NCBI GenBank assembly: GCA_036387335.1
Contig: DASVTZ010000177.1
Location: forward strand, 2,413-66,412
Length of the DNA stretch: 64,000 nt
Source of the DNA: Longimicrobium sp.
Lineage (GTDB): Bacteria > Gemmatimonadota > Gemmatimonadetes > Longimicrobiales > Longimicrobiaceae
Direction: 5' to 3'
In this document: positions 27,476 through 38,473 of the stretch, in pieces
Position numbering within the stretch: position 1 is the stretch's first letter
How the letters are laid out: every line of letters starts with the position of its first letter
Notes under the pieces: generated by a model
The model's input: the letters and a program-made list of their open reading frames with translations, nothing else
Database searches by the model: none
What the model was told of the DNA's origin: nothing
Program-made: the position numbers and the translations under genes

Positions 27476-28531
27476 ATGCGTCGCTCGACCGTCCTCCTGC
27501 TCGTGGTCACCCTCGCCGCCGCGGCCTCCGCGTGCTCGCCGGCGTACCTGGTGCGCGCGAGCTGGGAGGAGGCCAGGATCCTGGCGCGGCGCAAGCCGAT
27601 CGCGCGGATCGTAGCGGATCCGGCCACGGATGCGGAGACGCGGCGCAAGCTGGTGCTGGTGCAGGAGGCGCGGCTCTTCGCGCGCGACTCGCTGGGGCTG
27701 GAAGCAGGCGACAGCTACACGCTCTTCGCGCGCGTCCGCTCGGACACGCTGGCGATGGTGCTCTCGGCGGCGCGCCAGGACACCTTTCAGGCGCACACCT
27801 GGTGGTTTCCCATCGTGGGACGGGTGCCGTACAAGGGGTACTTCGACCCCGAGGACGCGGAGAAGGAGGCGCGGCGGCTGGAGAGGAAGGGATTCGACAC
27901 GTACGTGCGGCCGACCTCGGCGTTCAGCACGCTGGGGTGGTTCAACGACCCGCTCCTCTCCACGCTTCTACGCTACGACGACGTGTCGCTGGGGAACACG
28001 GTGGTGCACGAGATCGTCCACAACACTTTTTTCGCGCCGGGGCAGGCGGCGTTCAACGAGAGCTTCGCCAACTTCGTGGGCGGGCGCGGCGCCGTGCACT
28101 TCTTCTGTGCGCGCGAGGGGGCGCAGGGGCCGCGATGCCGCGAAGCCGCCGCGTCGTGGGAAGACGACGTCATCTTCGGCGAGTTCCTGGAGGGGCTGGT
28201 CCGGGAGCTGGAGGCGCTCTACGCCCGGCCAGACCTCACGCGCGACGACAAGCTGCGCGAGCGCGAGCACGTCTTCGCGCGCGCACGCGAGCGCTTCACG
28301 GCGGAGGTGCAGCCGCGCTTCAAGGCCGGCTCGTTCTCCGGGTTCACACGCGGGCCGCTCAACAACGCCACGCTCATCTCGCGCCGCATCTACTACCAGC
28401 GGCTCGGCCTCTTCGACCGCGTCTACCGCTCGCGCGGCGGGGACCTGCGGCGGACGGTCGCGGACATCATCGCCGCCGCGCGAAGCAACCGCGCCGACCC
28501 GTACGCCGCCGTGGCCGCGCTGGCGCCCTGA
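27476..28531 (+). CDS. Predicted Zn-dependent aminopeptidase lipoprotein (DUF2265-like)
   Basis: Lipobox ASAC; WWFPIVGRVPYKGYF, AFSTLGWFNDP, HEIVH and FNESFA. Confidence 0.85.
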   Translation: MRRSTVLLLVVTLAAAASACSPAYLVRASWEEARILARRKPIARIVADPATDAETRRKLVLVQEARLFARDSLGLEAGDSYTLFARVRSDTLAMVLSAARQDTFQAHTWWFPIVGRVPYKGYFDPEDAEKEARRLERKGFDTYVRPTSAFSTLGWFNDPLLSTLLRYDDVSLGNTVVHEIVHNTFFAPGQAAFNESFANFVGGRGAVHFFCAREGAQGPRCREAAASWEDDVIFGEFLEGLVRELEALYARPDLTRDDKLREREHVFARARERFTAEVQPRFKAGSFSGFTRGPLNNATLISRRIYYQRLGLFDRVYRSRGGDLRRTVADIIAAARSNRADPYAAVAALAP

Positions 28532-28608
28532 GCCCCGTTGTGCGTTGCGGTGGGCGCCATTACCTTCCACTTCCCCGCAAACCTCTGTTCCCCCAAGCAG
28601 GCCTCTCC

Positions 28609-29832
28609 ATGAGTACCTCAACTCCCGCCAGGGTGCGCATCTTCCAGGTCGCGCTGACCACGCTGTGCGCCGCGAGCATCGTGCAGTCGCTGATCGGCCT
28701 GGTGTGGCCGCAGGTGATCTCCGCGCACCGCGGGCTGATGAACGCGGCCCTCTCCGCATCCGCCGGAGTCAACCTGGGCAGCGCGAAGGTCCCCGCGGTG
28801 GAGCTGTACGTGGAGGGCGCGGTTTGCCTCGCCGCGGTGGGGCTCGCGCTGGCGCTGGTGTGGCGCGCGGGTGCACGGGCCGACTCGCGCGCGCTGGTGC
28901 TCGTGCTGGCGACAGCGTTCTTTCCCGCATACGTCGTGGCGAAGGCGGGGGTGCCGTATTCGGCGGTCGTCATCATCCAGAGCGCCATGCAGTGGGTGTA
29001 CCTGGGCGCGTTCCTGCGCTTCGCCGCACTCTTTCCGCAGCCGCTCACGCTGGCGGACCTGGAGGCGTCGGACCGCGCGCGCGCCGAGCGCAAGGGGCGC
29101 GTCGCGAAGCCGGTGAGCCGCGGGCGCCGCATCCTCCTGAAGCCCGCCGCGGTGTGGGGTGGCACGGCGGTGGCGAGCGTCATCTCGGGGCTCGGCGTGG
29201 CGACCGGGCAGGCGGCGTTGCACGTGGTGCTGGTGCCGGTGATGCTCTGGTCGCTGTACCGCGGGGTGGGGCTGCTGCGGGCCAGCTACGCCGTGGCCGA
29301 TCCCGTGGGCCAGCGCCGCATCCTGTGGGTGGTGCAGGGGCTCTACTCGATGGTGTGGCTGGGCGTGGTGATGATGGGGGCGATGGGGTACGGCATGGTG
29401 CACGGCGCGCGTGCCGCCACCGCCGGCATCCCGGCCAACGAGATCCCGATCCCGTACGGCGTGTTGATGGTCACCAACATCAGCCAGTCGCTTTCCGTGC
29501 TGGTGATGGTGGTGTGCCTCGCCTTCGCCATCTTCTTCCAGGGCGCGCTGGATCCGCGACTGGCCCTGAAGCGCACCACCGTCTACGGCATGATGGCGGT
29601 GAGCGGTGCGCTTCTCTTCGCCGTGGTGGAGAACGTCGCCTCGTCGTTCATCGCGGACGTGCTGCACCTCTCCGACGGTTTCGGGGCGGCGGTGGCGGGC
29701 GGCGTGGTGGCGCTGGGGTTCAACCCGGCGCGCGCCTGGCTCGACCGCCGGGTGGAGGGCCGCCTGGGCGGCGCGATCCCGGACGCCGATCATTCCGCCG
29801 CCGAGCTCCCGGCCGAGGTCGCGCCCGCGTAG
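28609..29832 (+). CDS. Multi-pass membrane protein resembling a sensor module without output domain
   Basis: About 9 hydrophobic helices; C-terminal LDPRLALKRTTVY..ALGFNPARAWLDRRVE; upstream TTGTGC-N17-TACCTT. Confidence 0.75.
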   Translation: MSTSTPARVRIFQVALTTLCAASIVQSLIGLVWPQVISAHRGLMNAALSASAGVNLGSAKVPAVELYVEGAVCLAAVGLALALVWRAGARADSRALVLVLATAFFPAYVVAKAGVPYSAVVIIQSAMQWVYLGAFLRFAALFPQPLTLADLEASDRARAERKGRVAKPVSRGRRILLKPAAVWGGTAVASVISGLGVATGQAALHVVLVPVMLWSLYRGVGLLRASYAVADPVGQRRILWVVQGLYSMVWLGVVMMGAMGYGMVHGARAATAGIPANEIPIPYGVLMVTNISQSLSVLVMVVCLAFAIFFQGALDPRLALKRTTVYGMMAVSGALLFAVVENVASSFIADVLHLSDGFGAAVAGGVVALGFNPARAWLDRRVEGRLGGAIPDADHSAAELPAEVAPA

Positions 29833-29846
29833 CAATCGCCGCGGGG

Positions 29847-29874
29847 TTGTAAATCGCGGGCGTCGGGATAGATT
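29847..29874 (+). promoter_or_regulatory. Sigma70-like promoter of leuS
   Basis: TTGTAA-N16-TAGATT. Confidence 0.5.
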
Positions 29875-29946
29875 TGCAGAAGGCTACAGGCCGCCGCCGC
29901 GAGGGAGCTCCCCCGCGGCGGCGGCCCGATTTTCAGGGGACCGACC

Positions 29947-32397
29947 ATGAGCAGCGAACACATCACCGGCAGCTATCAGCCCGCCGAGGTCGAGCGGAAG
30001 TGGCAGGCGCGCTGGGACGAGCGGGGAACCAACACGTGGACGGAGGAGGAGCTCCGCACGGCCGCGCGCCCCTTCTACAACCTGATGATGTTCCCGTACC
30101 CGAGCGCCGAAGGGCTGCACGTGGGGAACATCTACGCCTTCACGGGCGCCGACATCTTCGGCCGCTTCAAGCGGCTGCAGGGGTACGACGTCTTCGAGCC
30201 GATCGGCTTCGACGCATTCGGCATCCACTCGGAGAACTTCGCGCTCAAGCAGGGGATCCACCCCGGCGAGCTGATCCCGCGCAACGTGGAGCGCTTCACG
30301 AAGCAGCTGCGCCGCGTGGGCTTCATGTACGACTGGAACCACACCGTCGACACCACGCGCCCCGAGTACTACCGCTGGACGCAGTGGATCTTTCTGCAGC
30401 TCTACAAGGCGGGGCTGGCGGAAAAGAAGGAAGCGGCGGTCAACTGGTGTCCCAACTGCAACACCGTGCTCGCCAACGAGCAGGTGGTGGGCGGCGAGTG
30501 CGAGCGCTGCGGCACGGCCGTGGAGATGCGCTTCCTGAGCCAGTGGTTCTTTCGCATCACGCAGTACGCGGGGAAGCTGCTGGACAACCTGAAGGGGCTC
30601 GACTGGTCCGACACGACGCGCAAGGCGCAGGAGAACTGGATCGGGCGCAGCGAGGGGGCGGAGATCCTCTTTCCCGTCGTGGGGCAGGACGCGGGCGAGC
30701 CGATGGCGGTCTCCGTCTTCACCACGCGGCCGGACACGCTCTTCGGCGCCACCTACATGGTGCTGGCCCCCGAGCACCCGCTGGTGGACCGCATCACGAC
30801 GGACGGACAGCGCGCCGAAGTGGACGAGTACCGCCGCCAGGCGACCGCCACCGACCTGGTGTCGCGCAAGAAGTCGGACAAGACCAAGACCGGCGTGGAC
30901 ACCGGCGCCCGCGCGCTCAACCCGATCAACGGCGAGGAGATCCCCGTCTGGATCGCGGACTACGTGCTGATGGAGTACGGCACGGGCGCCATCATGGCCG
31001 TGCCGGGCCACGACGAGCGCGACTTCGAGTTCGCGCATAAGTTCGGCCTCACCATCCGCCGCGTCGTCGCCGGCGAGGGGGAGGACGGAGACACGCCGCT
31101 GGAGGCCGCGTACACGGGCGGTGGCCGCCTGGTGAACTCCGGCCGCTTCACGGGGCTGGAGGTGGAGACGGGGAAGATGGCGATCACCACGCACATCGCG
31201 CAGCAGGGGGCGGGGACGTCTCGCGTCAACTACCGGCTGCACGACTGGACGATCTCGCGCCAGCGCTACTGGGGGCCGCCCATCCCCATCCTGTACTGCG
31301 ACGAGTGCGGCACCGTGCCCGTGCCCGAGGACCAGCTCCCGGTGCTGCTGCCGCCGATCGAGGACTTCAAGCCGGACGCGTCGGGCGTGTCGCCGCTGGC
31401 GCGCCACGAGGAATGGTACCTCACCGACTGCCCCTCGTGCGGCGGCCGCGCGCGGCGCGAAACCGACGTGTCGGACACGTTCCTGGACTCGTCGTGGTAC
31501 TTCCTGCGCTACCCGTCCGCGGGGAACGAGGCGGTGGCGTTCGACGACGCGGTCACGAAGGCGTGGCTCCCGGTGCACAGCTACATCGGCGGCAACGAGC
31601 ACGCGGTGCTGCACCTGCTGTACTCGCGCTTCATCACGATGGCGCTCAAGGACATGGGGCACGTTGGATTCGAGGAGCCGTTCACCCGCTTCCGCGCGCA
31701 CGGCCACATCGTGCGCGAGGGCGCCAAGATGTCCAAGTCCAAGGGCAACGTGGTGGTGCCGGACGAGTACATCGCGGAGTGGGGCGCGGACACGTTCCGC
31801 ACTTTCCTGATGTTCCTGGGCCCGTACCAGGAGGGCGGCGACTTCCGCGACGCGGCGCTGGTGGGGCCGTTCAACTTCCTCAACCGCCTGTGGGACAGCG
31901 TCCTGACGGCGGAGGATCGCGAGCTGGACCCGGCGGTCGAGCAGAAGCTGCACGCCACCATCAAAAAGGTGACGGACGACCTCGAGGTGCTCTCCTACAA
32001 CACCGCCATCGCGGCGATGATGGAGTACCTCAACGCCGTCCGCGCCGGCGGCCGCACCCCCGAGCGTGCCGCGGTCGAGCCGCTGGTGCGCCTGGTGGCC
32101 CCCTTCGCCCCGCACCTGGCGGAGGAGCTGTGGGAGCGGACGGGCCACACGAGCTCGATCTGGGACGAAGCCGAGTGGCCGTCGTACGACGCCGACAAGA
32201 CGATCGCGGACAGGGTGGAGTTCGTGGTGCAGGTGAACGGAAAGGTGCGCGCGCGCATGCCCATGCCGCGCGGCATCGCTGAAACGGACGCCCGCGCCGC
32301 CGCCCTCGCGGACGAGAACGTGCGCAAGTTCACGGAGGGCAAGGAGGTGCGAAAGGTGATCTTCGTGGCGGACCGGCTGGTGAACCTGGTGGTGTGA
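29947..32397 (+). CDS. leuS: Leucine--tRNA ligase
   Basis: MFPYPS..LHVGN (HIGH), FTTRPDTLFG, GTGAIMAVPGHD editing domain, DWTISRQRYWG, KMSKS. Confidence 0.97.
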   Translation: MSSEHITGSYQPAEVERKWQARWDERGTNTWTEEELRTAARPFYNLMMFPYPSAEGLHVGNIYAFTGADIFGRFKRLQGYDVFEPIGFDAFGIHSENFALKQGIHPGELIPRNVERFTKQLRRVGFMYDWNHTVDTTRPEYYRWTQWIFLQLYKAGLAEKKEAAVNWCPNCNTVLANEQVVGGECERCGTAVEMRFLSQWFFRITQYAGKLLDNLKGLDWSDTTRKAQENWIGRSEGAEILFPVVGQDAGEPMAVSVFTTRPDTLFGATYMVLAPEHPLVDRITTDGQRAEVDEYRRQATATDLVSRKKSDKTKTGVDTGARALNPINGEEIPVWIADYVLMEYGTGAIMAVPGHDERDFEFAHKFGLTIRRVVAGEGEDGDTPLEAAYTGGGRLVNSGRFTGLEVETGKMAITTHIAQQGAGTSRVNYRLHDWTISRQRYWGPPIPILYCDECGTVPVPEDQLPVLLPPIEDFKPDASGVSPLARHEEWYLTDCPSCGGRARRETDVSDTFLDSSWYFLRYPSAGNEAVAFDDAVTKAWLPVHSYIGGNEHAVLHLLYSRFITMALKDMGHVGFEEPFTRFRAHGHIVREGAKMSKSKGNVVVPDEYIAEWGADTFRTFLMFLGPYQEGGDFRDAALVGPFNFLNRLWDSVLTAEDRELDPAVEQKLHATIKKVTDDLEVLSYNTAIAAMMEYLNAVRAGGRTPERAAVEPLVRLVAPFAPHLAEELWERTGHTSSIWDEAEWPSYDADKTIADRVEFVVQVNGKVRARMPMPRGIAETDARAAALADENVRKFTEGKEVRKVIFVADRLVNLVV

Positions 32398-32500
32398 GGG
32401 GCGGGCCCCCTCCCCCGCTCGTTCCTCGCGACCCCTCCCCAAAACTGCCTGGGGGAGGGGTTGCTTGCGTACATGCCCATTCCCCATTCCCCATTCCCCT
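32398..32500 (+). repeat. CCCTCCCC hairpin element plus (CCCCATT)3 heptamers
   Basis: ccctcccccgctcgttcctcgcgacccctccccaaaactgcctgggggagggg, close to the copy at 16452. Confidence 0.75.
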
Positions 32501-32568
32501 TCGTTGTGCCCGCCGTCCGCCGTATATATGTTCGAACAGGCTCCGCAAACCTCACCCGTGGGGCGGCC

Positions 32569-33177
32569 ATGAGAAGCATCTTCCAGGCACCGCCGGTACA
32601 CCTGATCCTGCGCGCGTACCCGCCCGCTCCGGCGCGGCTGGGGCTGTGGCGCAGGCCGTTCGCGTTCCGGGTGGTGGCGTCGGTGCTGTCGCTGGCGGTG
32701 TTCTGGGGGGTGGCGCCGGTGTCGTTCTGGGTGCCGCCGCACTACCCGTGGCCGGTCCTCTGCTTCGTGGCGGGGGCGTACCTGGCGATCTGGTTCTCGC
32801 GCCAGTACCGGGTGCGCTGGTTCGCGGGGTTCTGCCCCCGGTGCGGCAAGGAGCTGGAGCTGCAGCGCGGCGCCGCCATCAACCTGCCACACTCGCTCAC
32901 CTGCTTCCACTGCCACTTCGAGCCGCAGCTCGAAGCCTTCACCGAGGCCGAGGAGGAGCGCCTGGCGGTGGACGAGCGCCTCCACCTGCGCCACGTGCGC
33001 TCCGAGTGCACGGGCAACTGGAGCGAGGTCGCGGTCTGGCGGCAGCACTACCTGGCCTGCACCACCTGCGGCGCCCGCCATCACGCCACCGGCGCCCTCC
33101 GCCGCGCCGCCGAAGAAGAGAACGCCACCGGCCGCCTGCTCGAGGACCTCGCTGACGAGGGCCGCTATCTCTGCTGA
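32569..33177 (+). CDS. Hypothetical membrane protein with Zn-ribbon motifs
   Basis: Two TM helices followed by CPRC, CFHC, C..CTTC; start at MRSIFQ. Confidence 0.72.
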   Translation: MRSIFQAPPVHLILRAYPPAPARLGLWRRPFAFRVVASVLSLAVFWGVAPVSFWVPPHYPWPVLCFVAGAYLAIWFSRQYRVRWFAGFCPRCGKELELQRGAAINLPHSLTCFHCHFEPQLEAFTEAEEERLAVDERLHLRHVRSECTGNWSEVAVWRQHYLACTTCGARHHATGALRRAAEEENATGRLLEDLADEGRYLC

Positions 33178-33204
33178 TTTGTGCGATGGGTGTGCGCCAG
33201 GCGA

Positions 33205-33549
33205 TCAGAGCGGCGGCGTTGTCCCGGTCCCCGGGCGCCTGAGCTGAGCCTGTCGCTGATGCCGGACGCGCATGGCCCACACGCGGTCGTCCACGATCAG
33301 GTAGAGGATGCGGTAGTTGGCGAAAAGGGCGTTGCGCACGTCCCGCCTCCACGCTCTGCGCTCCGGTGCCCACGGGTGGCGCTCGGCGGGCGTGCGGAGG
33401 CCGGCGAGGGTCTCTTCGAGCATGCCGTACCACGACTCCGTATAACCAGCAGTTATCTCGCCCTTCTCCTCACGATCGCGAAGGTGCGCGACGAGCTTCT
33501 CGACGTCGTCCTCCAGCCGAGGCGCCAGGAGTACGGTGAACCGCTTCAA
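33205..33549 (-). CDS. RelE/ParE-superfamily toxin
   Basis: FTVLLAPRLEDDV..L..PAERHP..VRNALFANYRILYLI..VWAMRVRHQRQ. Confidence 0.8.
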   Translation of the reverse strand: MKRFTVLLAPRLEDDVEKLVAHLRDREEKGEITAGYTESWYGMLEETLAGLRTPAERHPWAPERRAWRRDVRNALFANYRILYLIVDDRVWAMRVRHQRQAQLRRPGTGTTPPL

Positions 33550-33884
33550 CGCGATGCCTTCCCGATGCCGAGCCGGTCACGAAGCGCGGGAAGCACTTCC
33601 TCCAGGGGCCGCCCCTCGCCTCGTCGCAACTCGCCGTACGCCTCTTCGAGAGCGTTCAGCGTCTCCAGCTCGTCCAGCCTCTCACGCAGCTCGCGGTTCT
33701 CTTCGCGGATGCGACTCGCCTCTTCAGCGTCTCGCTCGTACGCCCGCACATCCTGCAGGACGAGCTCGGCGGTTCCGTTGATCGTGAGCACTTCTGGGCG
33801 CCCCGTCCTGCGCAGCTGCTCGTGGTGCCGCTTGTGGTTGCGCACGAAGTCGGTGACGGGGTGAATATCCTCAGACTTGAACAT
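33546..33884 (-). CDS. Phd/YefM antitoxin
   Basis: IHPVTDFVRN..GRPEVLTING.AELVLQDVRAYE; C-terminal ELRRGEGRPLEEV. Confidence 0.88.
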   Translation of the reverse strand: MFKSEDIHPVTDFVRNHKRHHEQLRRTGRPEVLTINGTAELVLQDVRAYERDAEEASRIREENRELRERLDELETLNALEEAYGELRRGEGRPLEEVLPALRDRLGIGKASR

Positions 33885-33904
33885 TGGTCTCCACTGTATG
33901 AGTT

Positions 33905-33923
33905 ACATATGATAATTATATGT
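33905..33923 (-). promoter_or_regulatory. Operator palindrome overlapping the -10 box of the Phd-ParE operon
   Basis: ACATAT-N7-ATATGT inverted repeat; TATAAT on the minus strand at 33915-33920. Confidence 0.6.
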
Positions 33924-33940
33924 CGTGCCACTCTCCGGCA

Positions 33941-33991
33941 AGACAAAGAGGCACAGAGATCAACTCATCTCTGTGCCTCTTTGTCTCTGTG
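33941..33991. repeat. Inverted-repeat hairpin (AGACAAAGAGGCACAGAG / CTCTGTGCCTCTTTGTCT)
   Basis: Perfect 18 bp inverted repeat with a short spacer, downstream of the S9A peptidase. Confidence 0.75.
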
Positions 33992-34003
33992 TGGGCCCAG
34001 TCT

Positions 34004-36151
<2,148 letters not shown>

Positions 36152-36350
36152 GGCTCCGATCGGGGTAGCTTGGGAAACGTGGAGCGGGATGGTGCCACGA
36201 TACGAACGTTTTCCCGGGGCGGCAACCGGCGCGGGGCGCTAACCGGAGGCGGATTGTTGTCAAGGGCTTCCGTTTCCGGGAAATCGGAATATGTTTGTCC
36301 CTCCCCGGCGGGCCCGTCCCGCGGCGCCTGCGGGGCGGGGAAAACGGGGG

Positions 36351-36379
36351 TTGACGGTGGGGGAGGGGCAGGTTAGATT
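36351..36379 (+). promoter_or_regulatory. Sigma70 promoter of the tRNA cluster
   Basis: TTGACG-N17-TAGATT, 13 nt before tRNA-fMet. Confidence 0.75.
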
Positions 36380-36392
36380 GGTGGCTCTGTGT

Positions 36393-36466
<74 letters not shown>

Positions 36467-36473
36467 TAGCCCC

Positions 36474-36507
36474 AAACCCCGCCGCCGAAGCCGGGCGGTT
36501 TTTTGTT
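36474..36507 (+). terminator. Intrinsic terminator-like hairpin inside the tRNA cluster
   Basis: CCGCC..GGCGG stem followed by TTTTTT. Confidence 0.55.
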
Positions 36508-36510
36508 CGG

Positions 36511-36583
36511 GGCCAGGTAGCTCAGTTGGTAGAGCATGCGACTGAAAATCGCAGTGTCGGGGGTTCGACTCCCTCCCTGGCCA
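36511..36583 (+). tRNA. tRNA-Phe(GAA)
   Basis: Cloverleaf GGCCAGG..CTGAAAA..CCTGGCC-A. Confidence 0.95.
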
Positions 36584-36608
36584 TCTGGGTCGAGAATGTG
36601 AAGTCTGT

Positions 36609-36681
36609 ACGCCTGTAGCTCAATTGGTAGAGCACCGGTCTCCAAAACCGGCGGTTGGGGGTTCGATTCCCTCCGGGCGTG
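36609..36681 (+). tRNA. tRNA-Trp(CCA)
   Basis: ACGCCTG/CGGGCGT-G acceptor; CCGGT-CTCCAAA-ACCGG. Confidence 0.95.
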
Positions 36682-36700
36682 TGCGGACACCAAGCGATAC

Positions 36701-36773
36701 GCCGCTATCGTCTAGGGGACTAGGACGGCGCCCTCTCACGGCGCAAACCGGGGTTCGAATCCCCGTAGCGGTA
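36701..36773 (+). tRNA. tRNA-Glu(CTC)
   Basis: GCGCC-CTCTCAC-GGCGC anticodon arm; GGTTCGAATCC. Confidence 0.93.
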
Positions 36774-36802
36774 TTGACGGACAAGCTCGGGACCCGGGCG
36801 TT

Positions 36803-36875
<73 letters not shown>

Positions 36876-36897
36876 TGTAGGGAATTGATCGGGATCG

Positions 36898-36969
36898 GCT
36901 CCCATCGTCTATCGGTTAGGACACGACCCTTTCAAGGTTGAGAGCGGGGTTCGACTCCCCGTGGGAGCG
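36898..36969 (+). tRNA. tRNA-Glu(TTC)
   Basis: CGACC-CTTTCAA-GGTTG. Confidence 0.93.
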
Positions 36970-36976
36970 CTGGTAC

Positions 36977-37049
36977 GCGGGAATAGCTCAGTTGGTAGAG
37001 CGCAACCTTGCCAAGGTTGAGGTCGCCGGTTCGAGCCCGGTTTCCCGCT
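36977..37049 (+). tRNA. tRNA-Gly(GCC)
   Basis: CAACC-TTGCCAA-GGTTG. Confidence 0.95.
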
Positions 37050-37094
37050 CTGTTGAAGGACCGGAGAGGTGAGTTCTCCGCAAGCAGTACCCAA

Positions 37095-37168
37095 GGGGCC
37101 GTAGCTCAGTCGGTTAGAGTGCCGGACTGTCACTCCGGAGGTCGCGGGTTCGAGTCCCGTCGGCCCCG
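37095..37168 (+). tRNA. tRNA-Asp(GTC)
   Basis: CCGGA-CTGTCAC-TCCGG. Confidence 0.95.
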
Positions 37169-37239
37169 CTTGAAGATGAGCGAAAGTGCTTTTTGAAAAT
37201 CCGGGTTGGTTCGCTCACCCCTCCGGGGGCGGGCACAGC

Positions 37240-37312
<73 letters not shown>

Positions 37313-37328
37313 TGAAAGGCGAGTACAT

Positions 37329-37412
37329 GGTGGGGTGGCCGAGTGGCTAATGGCAGCAGACTGTAAATCTGCCGGGCTTCGCCCTACGTAGGTTCGAATC
37401 CTACCCCCACCA
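37329..37412 (+). tRNA. tRNA-Tyr(GTA)
   Basis: GCAGA-CTGTAAA-TCTGC; long variable arm. Confidence 0.95.
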
Positions 37413-37426
37413 CTCAGGGCAGCATC

Positions 37427-37500
37427 GGGCGGTTAGCTCAGTTGGTTAGAGCGCCACGTTGACATCGTGGAGGTCACAAGTTCGAGTCTTGTACCGCCCA
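37427..37500 (+). tRNA. tRNA-Val(GAC)
   Basis: CCACG-TTGACAT-CGTGG. Confidence 0.95.
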
Positions 37501-37519
37501 CTGCGCAGGTGACAAACAC

Positions 37520-37592
37520 GGGGCTGTAGCTCAGATGGGAGAGCGCTGCAATCGCACTGCAGAGGTCAGGGGTTCGATTCCCCTCAGCTCCA
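37520..37592 (+). tRNA. tRNA-Ala(CGC)
   Basis: CTGCA-ATCGCAC-TGCAG; G3:U70. Confidence 0.93.
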
Positions 37593-37607
37593 TTGGTACG
37601 GGAGAGC

Positions 37608-37679
37608 GCCACCGTAGCTCAGTGGTAGAGCACTCGATTCGTAATCGAGCGGTCGTCGGTTCAATCCCGACCGGTGGCT
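37608..37679 (+). tRNA. tRNA-Thr(CGT)
   Basis: CTCGA-TTCGTAA-TCGAG. Confidence 0.95.
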
Positions 37680-37720
37680 CTTGTTCAAATCGCCGATCCG
37701 GCGTTAGCTTGTAGGCCGTC

Positions 37721-37793
37721 GCGGGAGTAGCTCAGTTGGTAGAGCATCAGCTTCCCAAGCTGAGGGTCGCGGGTTCGAGCCCCGTCTCCCGCT
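37721..37793 (+). tRNA. tRNA-Gly(CCC)
   Basis: TCAGC-TTCCCAA-GCTGA. Confidence 0.95.
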
Positions 37794-37802
37794 TGTGTGT
37801 GC

Positions 37803-37875
37803 AGCCCTCTGGTGTAATTGGCAACACGCCTGACTCTGACTCAGGAAAGTCCAGGTTCGATCCCTGGGGGGGCTA
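37803..37875 (+). tRNA. tRNA-Gln(CTG)
   Basis: CCTGA-CTCTGAC-TCAGG; acceptor AGCCCTC/GGGGGCT. Confidence 0.92.
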
Positions 37876-37899
37876 CTTTCGGTTTCGGTTGCGGGTTTT

Positions 37900-37986
37900 G
37901 GAGAGGTGGGTGAGTGGCTAAAACCAACGGTTTGCTAAACCGTCCTGTCCAAAAGACAGACGCGGGTTCGAATCCCGCCCTCTCCG
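37900..37986 (+). tRNA. tRNA-Ser(GCT)
   Basis: ACGGT-TTGCTAA-ACCGT; long variable arm; G73. Confidence 0.93.
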
Positions 37987-37996
37987 CTCCGCGTTT

Positions 37997-38082
37997 GGAC
38001 CGGTGTCCGAGTGGCTTAAGGAGCACGATTGGAAATCGTGTGGGGTGAATAGCCCTCGTGGGTTCGAATCCCACCCGGTCCG
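37997..38082 (+). tRNA. tRNA-Ser(GGA)
   Basis: CACGA-TTGGAAA-TCGTG; long variable arm. Confidence 0.93.
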
Positions 38083-38106
38083 CTCGGTGGTCGCAGGTGG
38101 TTGTTT

Positions 38107-38180
38107 CGGGACGTGGCTCAGCCCGGTAGAGCACTCGCTTCGGGAGCGAGGGGTCGCCGGTTCAAATCCGGCCGTCCCGA
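38107..38180 (+). tRNA. tRNA-Pro(CGG)
   Basis: CTCGC-TTCGGGA-GCGAG; C1-G72. Confidence 0.95.
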
Positions 38181-38195
38181 CTGTGTGCAGGATCA

Positions 38196-38278
38196 GGAGG
38201 CGTAGTCTAATTGGTAAGGCACCGCACTCGAAATGCGGCGGGCGCAAGCCTTTGGGGGTTCGAGTCCCTCCGCCTCCG
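38196..38278 (+). tRNA. tRNA-Ser(CGA)
   Basis: CCGCA-CTCGAAA-TGCGG; variable arm GGGCGCAAGCCT; G73. Confidence 0.92.
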
Positions 38279-38293
38279 TGCTGTGGTAGCAAC

Positions 38294-38335
38294 AAAAAAC
38301 GGCCCTGGTTCGCTTCGGCGAGCCAGGGCCGTTTT
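38294..38335. terminator. Bidirectional intrinsic terminator after the tRNA cluster
   Basis: AAAAAACGGCCCTGGTTCGC-TTCG-GCGAGCCAGGGCCGTTTT. Confidence 0.85.
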
Positions 38336-38473
38336 CGATGGTACCTATCGCCTTGGGCCAAGCAAGCTATTTGAGCCCTTCGCCAAAGTACACCCGCTTC
38401 GCCCCAGTCTCTCGCCTGGGGCGGGCCTTTCCGTTGCCTGGAGAGCAGGCGCACACCTGCATGCTGCTGTGGT

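Noticed and set aside
37169-37239. Twentieth tRNA in the 71 nt gap
   Set aside because: No TTCGA T-loop, no acceptor stem and no anticodon arm
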